A stretch of DNA of 64,000 bases from Octopus vulgaris (Eukaryota): assembly GCA_951406725.2 (NCBI GenBank), contig OX597818.1, positions 117,862,001 through 117,926,000 on the forward strand, written 5' to 3'. Of this stretch, positions 30,191 through 43,620 are shown one piece after another. A program made the translations under genes and the position numbers. The number at the start of each line of letters is the position of its first letter. Position 1 is the first letter of the stretch. Under the pieces are notes generated by a model. That model saw only the letters and a program-made list of their open reading frames with translations, had not been told where the DNA came from and searched no databases.

Positions 30191-31599
30191 GGGTGTCAAC
30201 GAAAAGAAATGGAACAATAAGACAACATCTATAATGATACGAAGCACTCGTATTTTAACTGTGCTGTTGTTGCGTTTTAGCATGGACGTTATGACGATGG
30301 TACCTATTTATTTGTCGTGGATTGAATGTTTTGGCTGTAACTAGAAAGCGACACAAATACTAGGAATCGAATTCGTTACTGGCAATTCACCAATCTGAAG
30401 TACAACCTGATATCTTTTAGTTTGTACTTCATGCGATCATTGGACAACGGACATTGTGGGGAACATGGAGGGATTACTCGAACGAATCGATCCCAGTATT
30501 TATTAAGCCGGACTCTCTTTCTGCAGAAATGATAACTTACTGAGATGCAAACAAACTAATACCAGTTGTCAAGCGGTCCTGGAACAAACACAAACACGAG
30601 GCCCACGCGCGCGGGCACACACATATGTATACATTCATACATGCATACATACATACATATACACATACGTACATCTATACAGACAGACAGACAGACAAGC
30701 AGACAGACAGGCAAACTGACAGTCAAGGCAGACAGACAGACAAATAGATAGATAAATAGACAGGTTCCGTCTATCAAATTCGTTCGCAGGATTTCCGTCG
30801 GAGCAGGCTATAGCAGAGAACATTTGACCCAGATGCTTGGCAGTGGGACTGAACTCGAAACAACGTGGCTAGGAAGCAAGCTTTTTTTTTTTTACCACAG
30901 AGCTTTCATTGCCCTCTTTGATTTATATTGTTGTCGTTTTCATACATTTTATCCCTGTTCTTGTAGAGATAAGGCCAAAGTTGTTCCATTAAGACCATAT
31001 CATTGCCCTTAATCCTTCCTGGATTGGCAAATGAAATACACCTCAAGGGTGATAAACATTAATTGAATCATCGTTATAACATTGGGTAGGATGAATTTCT
31101 GTGCTTTTACCGGCTGTCTGAGTTCAATCCTGCAGTGGGTTACCTTGGTGGCTTTCATAATCCCTTACCCAACGTGATGCCGCTACCCAGATGGATTTCT
31201 GGATGCCTTTATAGGGAACCAGAGTATTCGAAGCATTCGGGGAATGAGTCCACCTTGCGGATAATTTCGTCCCTGTTTTCCACCAGTTGCTGAGACCCTG
31301 GGAATGAGCATCCCCCCACAAAAAAACCTACAATCCAGAGCTGAATAAACCTTTTCGTTCGTTCTCTAAAACTCTGATAGATGGAGCTACTACACATAGT
31401 TTTCCGTCTATAACCCGACGAATTTGATCTGTTAATAAAATAGGATTATTTGAAAAGGAAATTAAACCTAGCGTACAAACTAAGACAACCGGGAACTAAG
31501 CACTTCTCCCCTCTTTTTCTTCCTCTCCCTCACTGAAGTAGAAGGGGGAAAAGTACACAGAAAAATGAATGAATTAAAATATTTGCGGTTGCAGACGAA

Positions 31600-31716
31600 G
31601 AGGTAGAAGAAAAAGAAGACTATGATAAAGAGGAGGAGAAGGGGAAGAAGGGATGGGTGACGATGACGACGATGACGGCGATGATGATGACTATGATAAT
31701 GATGGGGAAGGGCGTA

Positions 31717-31754
<38 letters not shown>

Positions 31755-31884
31755 GATGATGAGAATGACGATGATGAAGAACAAAGCGAAAGAGAAGAAA
31801 AAGGGGAGCAAGAAACAGAATAAGATGAAAAAGAAGAAACAGTAGTAGTAGTAGTAGTATTAGTAGTAGTAGTAGTAGTAGTAG

Positions 31885-31916
<32 letters not shown>

Positions 31917-31959
31917 GAAGAAGAAGGGGAAGAAGAAGTAGGAGGAGGAAAAGAAGAAG

Positions 31960-31990
<31 letters not shown>

Positions 31991-32072
31991 TGAAGAAGAA
32001 GAAGAAGAAGAAGAAGAAGAAGAAGAAGAAGAAGAAGAAGAAGAAGAAGAAGAAGAAGAAGAAGAAGAAGAA
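31600..32072. repeat. Compound (GAT)n-(TAG)n-(GAA)n microsatellite
   Basis: Direct reading. Confidence 0.95.
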
Positions 32073-32368
32073 ACAGAATATAAGCAATTGACAGAATTAT
32101 GTAATTATAATTTCGAGAAAATGCAATGCATCTTAATTACGTTCAAAAAAGAAATCGGTGTTTGCCTAAATTCCAGTGCTTCGCTTAATGTAATGAATAA
32201 GGAGAGCTCCATGCATTAGCCTTGTAAATTAATGATGGATGTACTCCACACGCGAAGCTACTTCCACTCTGCAAATACAGCACATTTATAATTTTCATTC
32301 CCAGCACGATACATGCAGCCAGCTCAACTTTAAACTGTAATCCTCATTTGTTTACTATTACACACTGT

Positions 32369-32413
<45 letters not shown>

Positions 32414-32594
32414 ATAAGATCGTTATTTAAAATACCAAACATATGAAGTGGCCAGCATGGCAATAAAATTCTTATAGGTATTAATTATTATTAAATGTAT
32501 AATTAAGTGTATTAAGTAAGTAGTTTTAGAGTCAAGTTTTGACTGCTATCTCTAGCATGGTGGTATCTCTTAGATACCCTTAATTATAATTTTC

Positions 32595-32662
<68 letters not shown>

Positions 32663-32667
<5 letters not shown>

Positions 32668-32940
32668 CACTGAACGAGGTATAATATATTGCCATCGGGA
32701 CCCCTTCGCATCGAAGACCGGGGATTGTTGTGCACTGACGACGGGTAAATACCTAGAAATCCGGGTCTGTAGGTATCACGTCAGGTCGACAATGGGAATG
32801 ATGGCTTCCCTATGCAAATACTGATAGGGCACAGAAAGTGTGTCAATAGCCGGCTGGAGAAGATATTCTCCTGGGGCTACAAGCTACAGTAGCATCCACT
32901 CTTAGTGATTAACCACATTTAAGTGACGAATATACTTCAC
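32663..32940 (+). mobile_element. Family H4 element: hammerhead + conserved multi-hairpin 3' domain
   Basis: Homologous to 61330-61626 and 47932-48058. Confidence 0.7.
32731..32771 (+). ncRNA. Type-I hammerhead motif with palindromic CCGG loop III
   Basis: tgca-CTGACGA-c-gggt(aaat)acct-a-GAAAT-ccgg-GTC-tgta. Confidence 0.72.
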
Positions 32941-33057
32941 ACACACAAACACTCACATATATATATATGTACATAAATATATATACGTGGTAACGCAATC
33001 AAGCGACTACAGGTATATATAGATGCATATATATATATATATATATACATATGCATG

Positions 33058-33107
<50 letters not shown>

Positions 33108-35048
33108 AACACACTTAAGAAGGATCACAAACTATATTTTGATTTTTTTTTTCATCGTATAAAAGAGGCTTAATATGATTTTGCCCAGAAATCACGTGTT
33201 CAAACTTAATTTAACCCCGTCATCACCGCAATTTCTTAATTTGTAAAATTTTCACGATTTGTTTTTATTCATGTAGAAAAATACAGAGATTACGTATTTG
33301 GAAAAAAATTCTAATCTCCTGTATTCAAAACATAGGAATCGGAAGAAATTTAGGAAAATATCGTAGGCGGGGCTGCAAATGTAACTTCGGACATGCTAGA
33401 AACAATAGGTAAAGGACAGGATTTCTGGGAGAGCTTACATTTAAATTTATATCGAAGATTAGGTTTTTAAATACACTCATCACACACACGAATTACACAA
33501 TAGAAAAAGGTGATTCCCAGAACAATAAAACTGAACGGTGCATACGTTTCTTTGCATGTTCATTATTTAAAATAGCTTTAATTGGCTAGGACTTGTATAT
33601 ACTTAAATATCCCTTTGTGGACTATATTCTGATGCATATTTATATGATTCTCTTTATAATTGTCAGAAATTATATATTCCATTCATAGGCTACAGCTGAT
33701 ACATTTTATACTCTTATAGTTATTGCATAATAATAGCTTATGCTAAAACAAATATAAGTAAAATTGTTTCATTATCACATTAAATTGCGTTATTTTAAAA
33801 ACACAACCTTTGATAGCAGAATCTTGTTATATTTACATATCAATGTCAACTCATTTAAAGCTGTATTTTCAAATATATTGAAATATTGACGAAGAGAATA
33901 TGTTTTCTCTGTTATTGATCAAGTGTATAAGCTTAAGATTGTTGTATAATAATATATAATATATCTTTCTGTCTGTAACGCATTATAATCGGCGAACGTA
34001 TCGAGTTATTAGGGCCCCTGACAAAATCTGCTGCATCATTTGTTTCTGCATTTTAAATAGAAATTCAGCAAAACATAATTCGCTTTTTGTTTTTTATCTC
34101 CTTTCGATCTTAATGAAAGAAGATAACCTAAATTGGAGACGATAAAGCATCTGACGAGATACCTGACGTTATTTCTTTCGACTCTTTGCGTTCTAATTTC
34201 TTTGGTTGTAAACTTAATCTGAGGTCCACTACAGGTTCCTCACCCGGTTCCTAGGACAGTGTGCACTAGGTTTCCATGCTGAGGATATCTTCAGGACTCC
34301 TTTCCACACGAGTCGGCGGTCCTGAAAGAAGGAAATACATGGTCGCGTCACGTCTATTGTTTCTTCTTTCTTTCACAAAATACTGAAACAATAATATTAT
34401 GCAGTGTAATCTTGTCAGTGACCAGGTCACAGTTCATGCAAAGGAAACTTTTAACGCCGTATAACAAAGGATAAGTGTTGGAATTACGTTCACGATTTCT
34501 GTATGTTTTTGAAAAGTTATCACATATCTTCAACGGATGCACACCCTTTAGTTTCAATGCACAGTTTCAGATGAAATCATCTGCAGGGCAAATATACCTC
34601 CATCGATTATTTATTGTTCCCTGACTATGCACTGCTAAAAATGATGGGTTGGAATGAGTTGCGTCTGTTGTATCACCAAACATTGGCCAAAAAGTGAGGG
34701 AACTTGTGTCAAGAGATAACTAGAACTTTATTAATTATTTCAAGAAAATATTAACTTGCACCAAGCAGCGATGGAATGTGAAATCTATTTTTAAAAATTT
34801 GATTTCTTGTCATTAACTTGTTTCGCTTCGAGCTTCATGCTATCAATTTTACATAGGAATCACATCCACATAGGTGGCAAGCGAATATATCTATAGGGAA
34901 GACGATCTATTAATTCATCTAAAATATTTATATCAGTCTGAGTAATTGATAACAACGGAGTAGAAATATTTATGCCTTTAACTCTAGGTTTTTTTAATCT
35001 GCTTTGTTGAGACTACCTACAAAAAACGTTTCTCAATTTCTGTGTTGT

Positions 35049-35251
35049 ACTCTTTTACTTGTTTCAGTAATTTGACTGTGGCCATGCTGGAGCACCGCCT
35101 TTAGTCGAGCAGATCGACCCCGGGACTTATTCTTTGTAAGCCCAGTACTTATTCTATCGGTCTTTTTTTGCCGAACCGCTAAGTGACGGTGACGTAAACA
35201 CACCAGCATTGGTTGTCAAGCAATGCTAGGGGGACAAAAACAGACACACAA

Positions 35252-35286
<35 letters not shown>

Positions 35287-35457
35287 CATATATACGACAG
35301 GCTTCTTTCAGTTTCCGTCTACCAAATCCACTCACAAGGCATTGGTCGGCCCGGGGCTATAGCAGAAGACACCTGCCCAAGATGCCACGCAGTGGGACTG
35401 AACCCAGAACCATGTGGTTGGTTAGCAAGCTACTTACCGCACAGCCACTCCTGCGCC
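35049..35457 (-). mobile_element. SINE family A
   Basis: Full-length homologue. Confidence 0.92.
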
Positions 35458-35728
35458 CAGATAAAGATTTTTTTAAAGATATATAGTGTCTGTCTATTTC
35501 TTTGACACAAATACGCCAATTGCAATACATGTTCTGTGCAAGAAAAAAAGTAACTTGATATATCTACACCCACTCGCTTGAAGCGATGGTACCACGTTTA
35601 TGTTTAAGATTACAACTTCCTCTTTTGTTGAAGTCAAATGTTACATCATCTCTTCCCTAATTTAGAGTTCATGTGTTATCGTTACACAAGACAGTCTTTG
35701 GCCACCACTAGTCACACACACACACACA

Positions 35729-35759
<31 letters not shown>

Positions 35760-35953
35760 CCTATGTATATGTAAATTAGAAAAAATAACATCTTTTATCA
35801 ATTCAACAATGAAAAAATTAAATCATACCATATAGAAAAAAATTGCATCTTATAGAAAAAATTAAATATAAGTTAAAAACATATATCAATGATTAAGTAA
35901 TGTGCAAAATAATAAATAAAACGCATATATTTGGTAAAATGACTACACGCGTT

Positions 35954-36024
<71 letters not shown>

Positions 36025-36254
36025 GGAGAGAGATAGATAGATAGATACATACATATGTTTATGTATATATATTTATATATGTACTAAGACACACATTTAT
36101 ACACACATATATCATGTGGTCGTGAGCGACCAGGCTATCATTTTCTGCTATACATCGCTGGTTACAATGCATTTCACGTCGAGCAGGCCAACATACCCCC
36201 TGATCGAAAAGCTAATCTGTCACAGAGTTACGCATTTAGAGATGAGCAGAATGG

Positions 36255-36318
<64 letters not shown>

Positions 36319-38444
36319 GTATGTATATATTCAGGTCCATGATGTTATATGAAATGTCTAAAATATTTCATCATCTTTAATTTCCGTTGAGATGTTTTCT
36401 GCCAGATTAGAGGACTGCTACTTGACATAAAATGTAAGGAAAGCTGCACAATATCTTGTTTCATAATTCAGTTCTATCCAATACCATTCAAAAACTCTCA
36501 GACCTAAAGCTACTATATTTTTCAAGAATATGTTTTTACAAAAGCTGCGAAGATAAGCATTAATACTTTATAAATAGTTTCTATCAATCACAACACCTTA
36601 TTTCATTTCCATGCAGATCGCATTTGAATCAAACTGTCAAAATGTCTTCCCAAAGTTTAGAGTTAATGACCAAAATATTCTTAAGTTAATTCGAGATTAA
36701 GTTAAATGAGTAAACATATATTCACTTGGGTGAAACATTAGCACGTTTCATAAACTAAGAAGACAAGTAACCCGACTGATAGAAAAGCTTATTTTGCATG
36801 AGTTTGCTACGTCATCTGGCTAGCCAGCTGTTTCTGAGTCCTGATACAATATTTTCCGACTCTCCTTGGCTTCTCAACTCCTTATAGAGTTGCAGAAGAA
36901 CCACAGGGACGTACAATGTGTCTGAGGTGTTTACAGCTGAAGCCCGTCCCCTATGGGATTACATTTCGAAAGTGAGAGAGAAAGAGGGGAGTAAGATAGC
37001 TAGAGAGAGAGAGCTCGACGCTTGTGCACCGCTGGTGCTTTATTAATTGAAATTCTAGAAACGAAAAGCAATTATTTATTTTGAGGAATTGAATTCAGAG
37101 GGCAGAGAACTGAAATGAAAACCGGTAGGTATACACTACGACCCTCAAACAACTGAGCCAGTTCGTTGCTTTAGCATAAAAAAGTTTTCTACGTCTGCGA
37201 AGATATGATCTCTGTACCATCCGATACATGATCAGGCAAATGTCATGATAGCTACTCATTTATTCCGCTAGTTATGGCAAAAAGAATCGAGATAACTGTT
37301 CAGATATCAAAGAAAGGAAATCTTAAAACATATTAATCGCCCATAAATATTCATTGAATAGTGCTATTATCTCTGAGGTAGAAATCAGATAACATTACAA
37401 AGAAGTATATTAGTCTAATCAATATTTTTTTTTTATTTTGCGAAAATCAAGCTTTGTCATCAATAAAGTTCACCTGCCTGATCAGCAGTAACTTCCACAA
37501 TGAAGAACCACTGAGCATTTTACCTTGTATTCTTGTCTAATGTAACCATTGTACATCTTTGTGGTTAGTTTCACACAAGTATATAAATCCAGGAAATCAG
37601 ACAAGAATTCTAGCGTTATCTATCTTCCATCTTCATAGAAAAAATGAATAAAATTTGACTATTAATATAAAGAGTTCTTTTTCTTACCAAAATCTTGTAC
37701 AGTATAAAATGTCAAGATTTAAACTATTGCTATTAAATAAATTTGTATTGCCACTATAAACATCTACAGACATCTAAACGTGAACAAAAGCTGAGACAGT
37801 TTTAAAAGTATTTAATGATATTATTAAATATTACATACAAATAGCAGCCATAGAAATAACATTCTCAGTGTGTACAGTATGATATATAATGAAAGCTTCT
37901 AAGCTCCTGAGTAGCAGTCAAATTCCGACACAAATTAAGTTTATTGATGTCATGTATACTGCAAAACTTAAAACGAGTAATATCTGACTTTAATACTTGT
38001 GTCTACATGAGCGCATAACAAAAAAGTATGCTATAGTTGGCTATCAAAGATGAAAGCATAATCGCTGTATTGTGAAGTAGTCACAAGTCTATTTGCTTCG
38101 CAAGGAATAGCAGACACATCACCAAAAACGGTATGTCGTATCTAACTAGGAATTTATAAGGAATATGAAGGATTACGTTTTTAAATAGACACTCTACAAT
38201 GTCACCCCACATAAGATGAGTACCAAAAAGAGAAATTAAAAAAGCAGACATCGGAAGAAATATTGAATTGATACCATTTGAGTGTAATAACTTTTCTAAA
38301 CTCATATATTCTGAATTATGCAAACTTAATTAGTAAACTTTTTAAACATAATAAACTGAGGTACAAGGTATGAAAGGACAGATTGGGCAGTGTATAGTAA
38401 TCATTATATTAGGCTTCACTCTTGTATCTAGTCTGCAGTAAAAT

Positions 38445-38645
38445 ATTCTTTTCTACTCTAGGCACAAGGCCCACAATTTGTGGGGAGGTGACCAGTCGAT
38501 TCGATCGACAGCAGTACACAAGTGGTACTTAAGTTATCGACACCGAAAGGATGAAAGGCAAAGTCCACCTCGGCGGAATTTGAACACAGAACGTAGCAAC
38601 AGACGAAATAGCGCAAAGCTAACGTTTCTGCCAGCTCGCCGCCTT
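38445..38645 (-). mobile_element. SINE family D monomer
   Basis: Core plus head; degenerate TSD ctg(c/t)agtaaaa(t/c)att. Confidence 0.85.
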
Positions 38646-38782
38646 CTGTAGTAAAACATTAGAATCAAATATGTTACCGTAGACACTGCCACAATTCAAA
38701 CAGAAATCTTCAAGAGTACAAAAGTTTAAAATAGACGCCTAATGAAGCTAGAGAAGGAATCGTTCTATTAATCTTCTTACAG

Positions 38783-38831
<49 letters not shown>

Positions 38832-38833
<2 letters not shown>

Positions 38834-39232
38834 CGTAGGAATGGCTGCGTGGTAGGTAGCTTGCTTACCAACCACATGGTTCCGGGTTCATTCCCACTGC
38901 GTGGCACCTTGGGCAAGTGTCTTCTACTATAACCTCGGGCCGACCAAAGCCTTGTGAGTGGATTTGGTAGACGGAAACTGAAAGAAGCCCGTCATATAAA
39001 TATGTATATATATGTGTGTGTGTGTATATGTTTGTCTTTGTCCCCCAACATCACTTGACAACCGATGGTGGTGTGTTTACGTCCCCGTAACTTAGCGGTT
39101 CAGCAAAAGATACCGATAGAATAAGTACTAGGCTTACAAAAATAAGTCTTGGGGTCGATTTGCTCGACTAAAGAAGGTACTCCAGCATGGCCGCAGTCAA
39201 ATGACTGAAACAAGTAAAAGAGTAAAAGAGAG
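38832..39232 (+). mobile_element. SINE family A
   Basis: Full-length, starts ggcgtaggaatggctgcgtgg directly after (TA)n. Confidence 0.92.
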
Positions 39233-40731
39233 TTGATTACATAAGAGTCATTAAAGGAACTCTAGACACAGGATAGTATATAGGTGGATTTCTTATTAAT
39301 TTAGAGAAGACCCATGGCACTATATTTTCTAAGTCGCCGTTTTGAGCAATCTGTTAATAAAGCGGTCTTCACTAACAGAGGAACGGTGTCTTTGCCTTCA
39401 AACATTCTTTCCAATATAGGTATCTTATTAAAAAAAGAAACAATACGTAACTGGTGTCACTTAACCCCCAAGTTAGTCTCGATTTGTCAGATATATGATC
39501 AAAATATTCCACTAAAAATTATCACTGATTTTCTTTTTCAGTTATAATGTAGCAGCGAACGTCTTCTTTCCTTTCGTGATTTTGAAGAATGTTTGTTTGC
39601 GAATTGTAGTAGGTCAATTAAATCACAAAGGGGCTTTCACATTTTGTCTTGACATCTCCAATTTAAACATACACAGATTTCTCTTTTACATTAATGCCTC
39701 ATCTTCAAGTTCATCTTATTTCAGGATTAATTAAAATCCGTTCGTCAGCTTCAGTAATATAGAGCATGCGCTGTAACAATGTGCTCGTGCATCCATTTGT
39801 TGGCCATTCTCTTTTCCTGCCAGAGGACGCCTTTGCACTACTTGAGAAGCAACCTTCCAACACATAGTCTGTTTGGGTTGAGGTTACTCGTGAGGGTGTT
39901 AGTCGCCTTTTACGGCACGCAGAGGGGACATTAGGTTGGTTCCTTGATATCTCAGGCCCCACAGTGCAAAAGGGCAACGAGAAATGAAGTACTTTTTGCT
40001 CAATAACACAACATACTGTTAGAGAATCTCTTAGTAATATTAAACTACCTAAAACTGTTTTAAACTTTAAATTCACAGCTGTACATTGGTACATAATATA
40101 AAATAGTTTAAAATTGCCGTATATAACGAAAACTTAACCTCTATGACGTGAAATGACTACGAGATTGTTCGACCCGCGAGGATCAGAAGATAAATCACTT
40201 TAGAAATACGTCCTTCCGTCTTGAAAATGCAAATGAAGCTATGAGCAACGTAGACGTAGATACAGGATGTTTGGAAATAGAATAAAAAGAACAACGGCAA
40301 CATTTTATGTTGCATTTCTTGTTGGAAAATCTTTGACCAATCAGAGCTTAACTTTGGATAAACAAACGCCACAGCAACAGCATAACCATTTCATTGAAAA
40401 AAAATAAATAAATAAATAAAAAGAGATCTGATAACTATCTTTCCTTACGCATTGAAAACTCTGCATTAATCAATTAAGTCATAATTTATGCAGAGCAAAT
40501 AGCAAGTTGCGTATCACTCAATGGGACTTTAACTGGTTACACATGTTAATTCCCCAGTAACTGTTATATGCTATTATTTATTTGAATGGAGATTCGTATG
40601 ATTCATTCTAAACTGTGACGGAACATTTGGATCTATAAAATCTCTGCGAGAATAAACTATGCGAAAACAATAGATTTCTCGAAAAAAATTATAGGCGTTT
40701 ACGCAAAGTGTGAATTATAACATTACTCTAA

Positions 40732-41146
40732 TATTTACTTGTTTCAGCTTGAAGCTACGATTATGCTGGGGTATCGCTGTTGATATTGTTTGTTTGTTGA
40801 GCGTCTCGGGACTGTCTGCAGTGGGAGAAGTCCGAAACGTGGTCCTTTGCAAATTCGTAAGACCCGCAAAAGAGAAAGCAGGTCAACCCCCGACAGGCAG
40901 GGCATCGACGGATGGATGAATGCGCATCCAGGCTCAGCGGTTGCGTAGGAAGTCGGGGACAAGAAACAGGAAGAAAGAGTGAGAGAAAGTTGGAGCGAAA
41001 GAGTACAACAGGGGTCGCTACCACCCCCTTCCGGAGCCTCGTGGAGCTTTAGGTGTGTTCGCTCAATAAACACACACAACAAATCGAAACCGTGATCCTC
41101 CAACCGCAAGTCCGCTGCCCTAACCACTGGGCCATTGCGCCTCCAC
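40732..41146 (-). mobile_element. SINE family C variant with CR1-type tail
   Basis: Family C head; minus strand ends gcgataccccagcat...gctgaaacaagtaaa. Confidence 0.82.
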
Positions 41147-41851
41147 TGCTGTTTGAGTAGTAGTTGATATCATCCCGGCTTCCCGTGTGTGCTTGTGGAG
41201 AGCCGGTGTGTTTGAAAATTGCACGCATATTTGCATTATTTTACCACAGTATAGAATCATTAAATATCTCAAATAACAATTTGCTTGTGTAATATTTTAA
41301 CATTTTCATATCTGCGCATTGTAGATCTCTGAGATTATTTGGGGATGATATTGAAGAGCTGTGAGTCCTTTAATCATATATCCTTTCAATATTGAGCCCC
41401 TACCATCAATGGAGGACATATGCACTACGCAGTGACACCCAGATCGGAATTTCGCATAAGCTTCAGTCCTAAAGTTAATTACTATATAAACTTACTATTA
41501 AATTCCTTATGAAATATAAATAATCATGAGCAATATGAAATAAGAAATGCACAGAAACACATTGGTAGTTATATGACTCAACGTTTCTCTTTCTCTCTCT
41601 CTCTCTCTCTGTATGTATGAGTGTGTGTGCATGTGTGTGTGTGCGTCTGTGTGTGTGTGCGTGTACGCGTGTTTCTACGTGAACTTATGTATATGTGTGT
41701 TTTGGTTCGATTTCTGAAGATGAAAATTGTTACTTCTGCGATCAAGGAAGAAGTCGATCTCTTTACTGGACTGACACATGATCTAAGTGGCTATGTATGA
41801 TTGTACTTATGCATGTATGCATACCTGTTTTTATGCCTGTTTATATGTAGG

Positions 41852-41897
<46 letters not shown>

Positions 41898-41898
<1 letters not shown>

Positions 41899-42270
41899 TC
41901 TTCTACTCTTCTACTTGTTTCAGTCATTTGACTGCAGCCATGCTGGAGCACCGCCTTTAATCTAGCAACTCGATCCCGGGACTTATTCTATCGGTCTCTT
42001 TTGCCGAACCGCTATGTAACGGGGATATAAACACACCAGCATCGGTTGTCAAGCAATGCTAGGGGAACAAACGCAGACACACACGCACCCATATATATAT
42101 ACATATATACGACGTGCTTCTTTCAGTTTCCGTCTACCAAATCCACTCACAAGGCATTGGTCGGCCCGAGGCTATAGTAGAAGACACTTGCCCAAGGTGC
42201 CACGCAGTGGGACTGAACCCAGAACCATGTGGTTGGTAAACAAGCTACTTACCACACAGCCACTCCTGCG

Positions 42271-42273
<3 letters not shown>
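41898..42273 (-). mobile_element. SINE family A in (TA)n
   Basis: Homologue, (TA)n on both sides. Confidence 0.92.
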
Positions 42274-42351
<78 letters not shown>

Positions 42352-42356
<5 letters not shown>

Positions 42357-42443
42357 TAAATAAATAAATGGAATTGAACGAAGATGTTAATAAAATTCCT
42401 TTTATTAGCATCTTCGTTCAACTCCATTTATTTATTTATTCAT
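42352..42443. repeat. ~44-bp-arm near-perfect palindrome at the edge of a (TA)n-flanked island
   Basis: atgaataaataaataaatggaattgaacgaagatgttaataaaa-ttcc-ttttattagcatcttcgttcaactccatttatttatttattcat. Confidence 0.9.
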
Positions 42444-43420
42444 CTATAACACACAGATTACTGCACATTAACCCGGCGTTTCTACCTGTGGATAGGTCGC
42501 TTCAACCGTGTTTCTGACGTGAATTTGCAACCCTGGTAACGGTTCATTGAATTTTCCATGTTAACGGTAAACATAGGATAATTCATTCAGCCATCGATAT
42601 ATATATATATATATATATATGCGCATAGATGTATGCCTGTATGTATCTATTCATGTATGTGCAATGGTTTACATCACTTATTCCCTTTAATAACCCGCTA
42701 TAAAATACCATCTTCAGTTCCCCATTGATCAAAAATGCAGTTAAATAAACGAGTTAAGTTGCAAGGAATAAACACATGAGCAACATCGATCACACTTGTT
42801 CTTATTTGTAAACTCTTGTGGTTGCATCCTGAGTAAATAACATCGCATCGACAACTAAGACATAACGGAAACCTTCTACAAAATATTCGTCACAGATATA
42901 GCGTCAATTAAGAAACAAATACCTTTCTGCAATATGAGCAAATACGAGCTGGTATTCGTTTGGAAATCTAGCCATGTGATACTATACATGCATCCAACAT
43001 TTCAGAACAAATATCCTTTCTGCTAACCTTTATGCGAGATTAGCCACAGTAATCGTCATCGCGTTCTATTCCTTTCAAAATAAGTATGCCAAAAACCGTA
43101 TAGATAAAAAACACCGCCCCGATTTCCTTGGAAGATGTATTTTTAGAGTTGTCATAGCCATTAAGGCGCAAAATTGTAAGCATGCAAATGTATTATATCA
43201 ACATTTCAACTTGTGAATTTGGTCATTTATGTGTCTACACAAGTCGTTATACTGCTTTTTATACAAAGCGAAAGTGACTATAAACATCATCATCATCAGT
43301 TACTATTTTTTTAGACCCTCTTCGGAGGGGGGGGGGTGTCTGTTCATGGGATTGCACCTAGAAAGTTACCCTCCCAGGCACAAGTCAGGGCAAGGTTATT
43401 TATGGAAAACCAGCAGTCGC

Positions 43421-43620
43421 CTTCATCAAGTGTCGTGGGGAAATTTCGAACCTGGGTTCTCATTCCTAAGGTATTTTTCGATGAAATTTCCCTAAAGACA
43501 CCTGATGAAGACTGGAGGGTATATTAGCCGAAATGTTGTGTTAACAACAAGCAGGATGAGGACAAATGTAAATAATGTAAAGAATGTACAGAATTCCTCA
43601 TCTCTTAAATATAGAACTGT
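43421..43620 (+). mobile_element. Family H2 3' module with 5' inversion; hammerhead at 43497-43542
   Basis: gacac-CTGATGA-a-gactg(gagggtatat)tagcc-GAAAT-GTT-gtgtt; 43421-43483 is an inverted homologue of 23027-23090. Confidence 0.75.

Noticed and set aside
34150-34200. CTGACGA hammerhead core (also CTGATGA at 56130 and minus-strand 14180, 55425)
   Set aside because: No correctly spaced stem II, GAAA, NUH and stem I; chance 7-mers
34354-34557. Cys-containing ORF as a host exon
   Set aside because: Short, no recognisable domain and no convincing splice context
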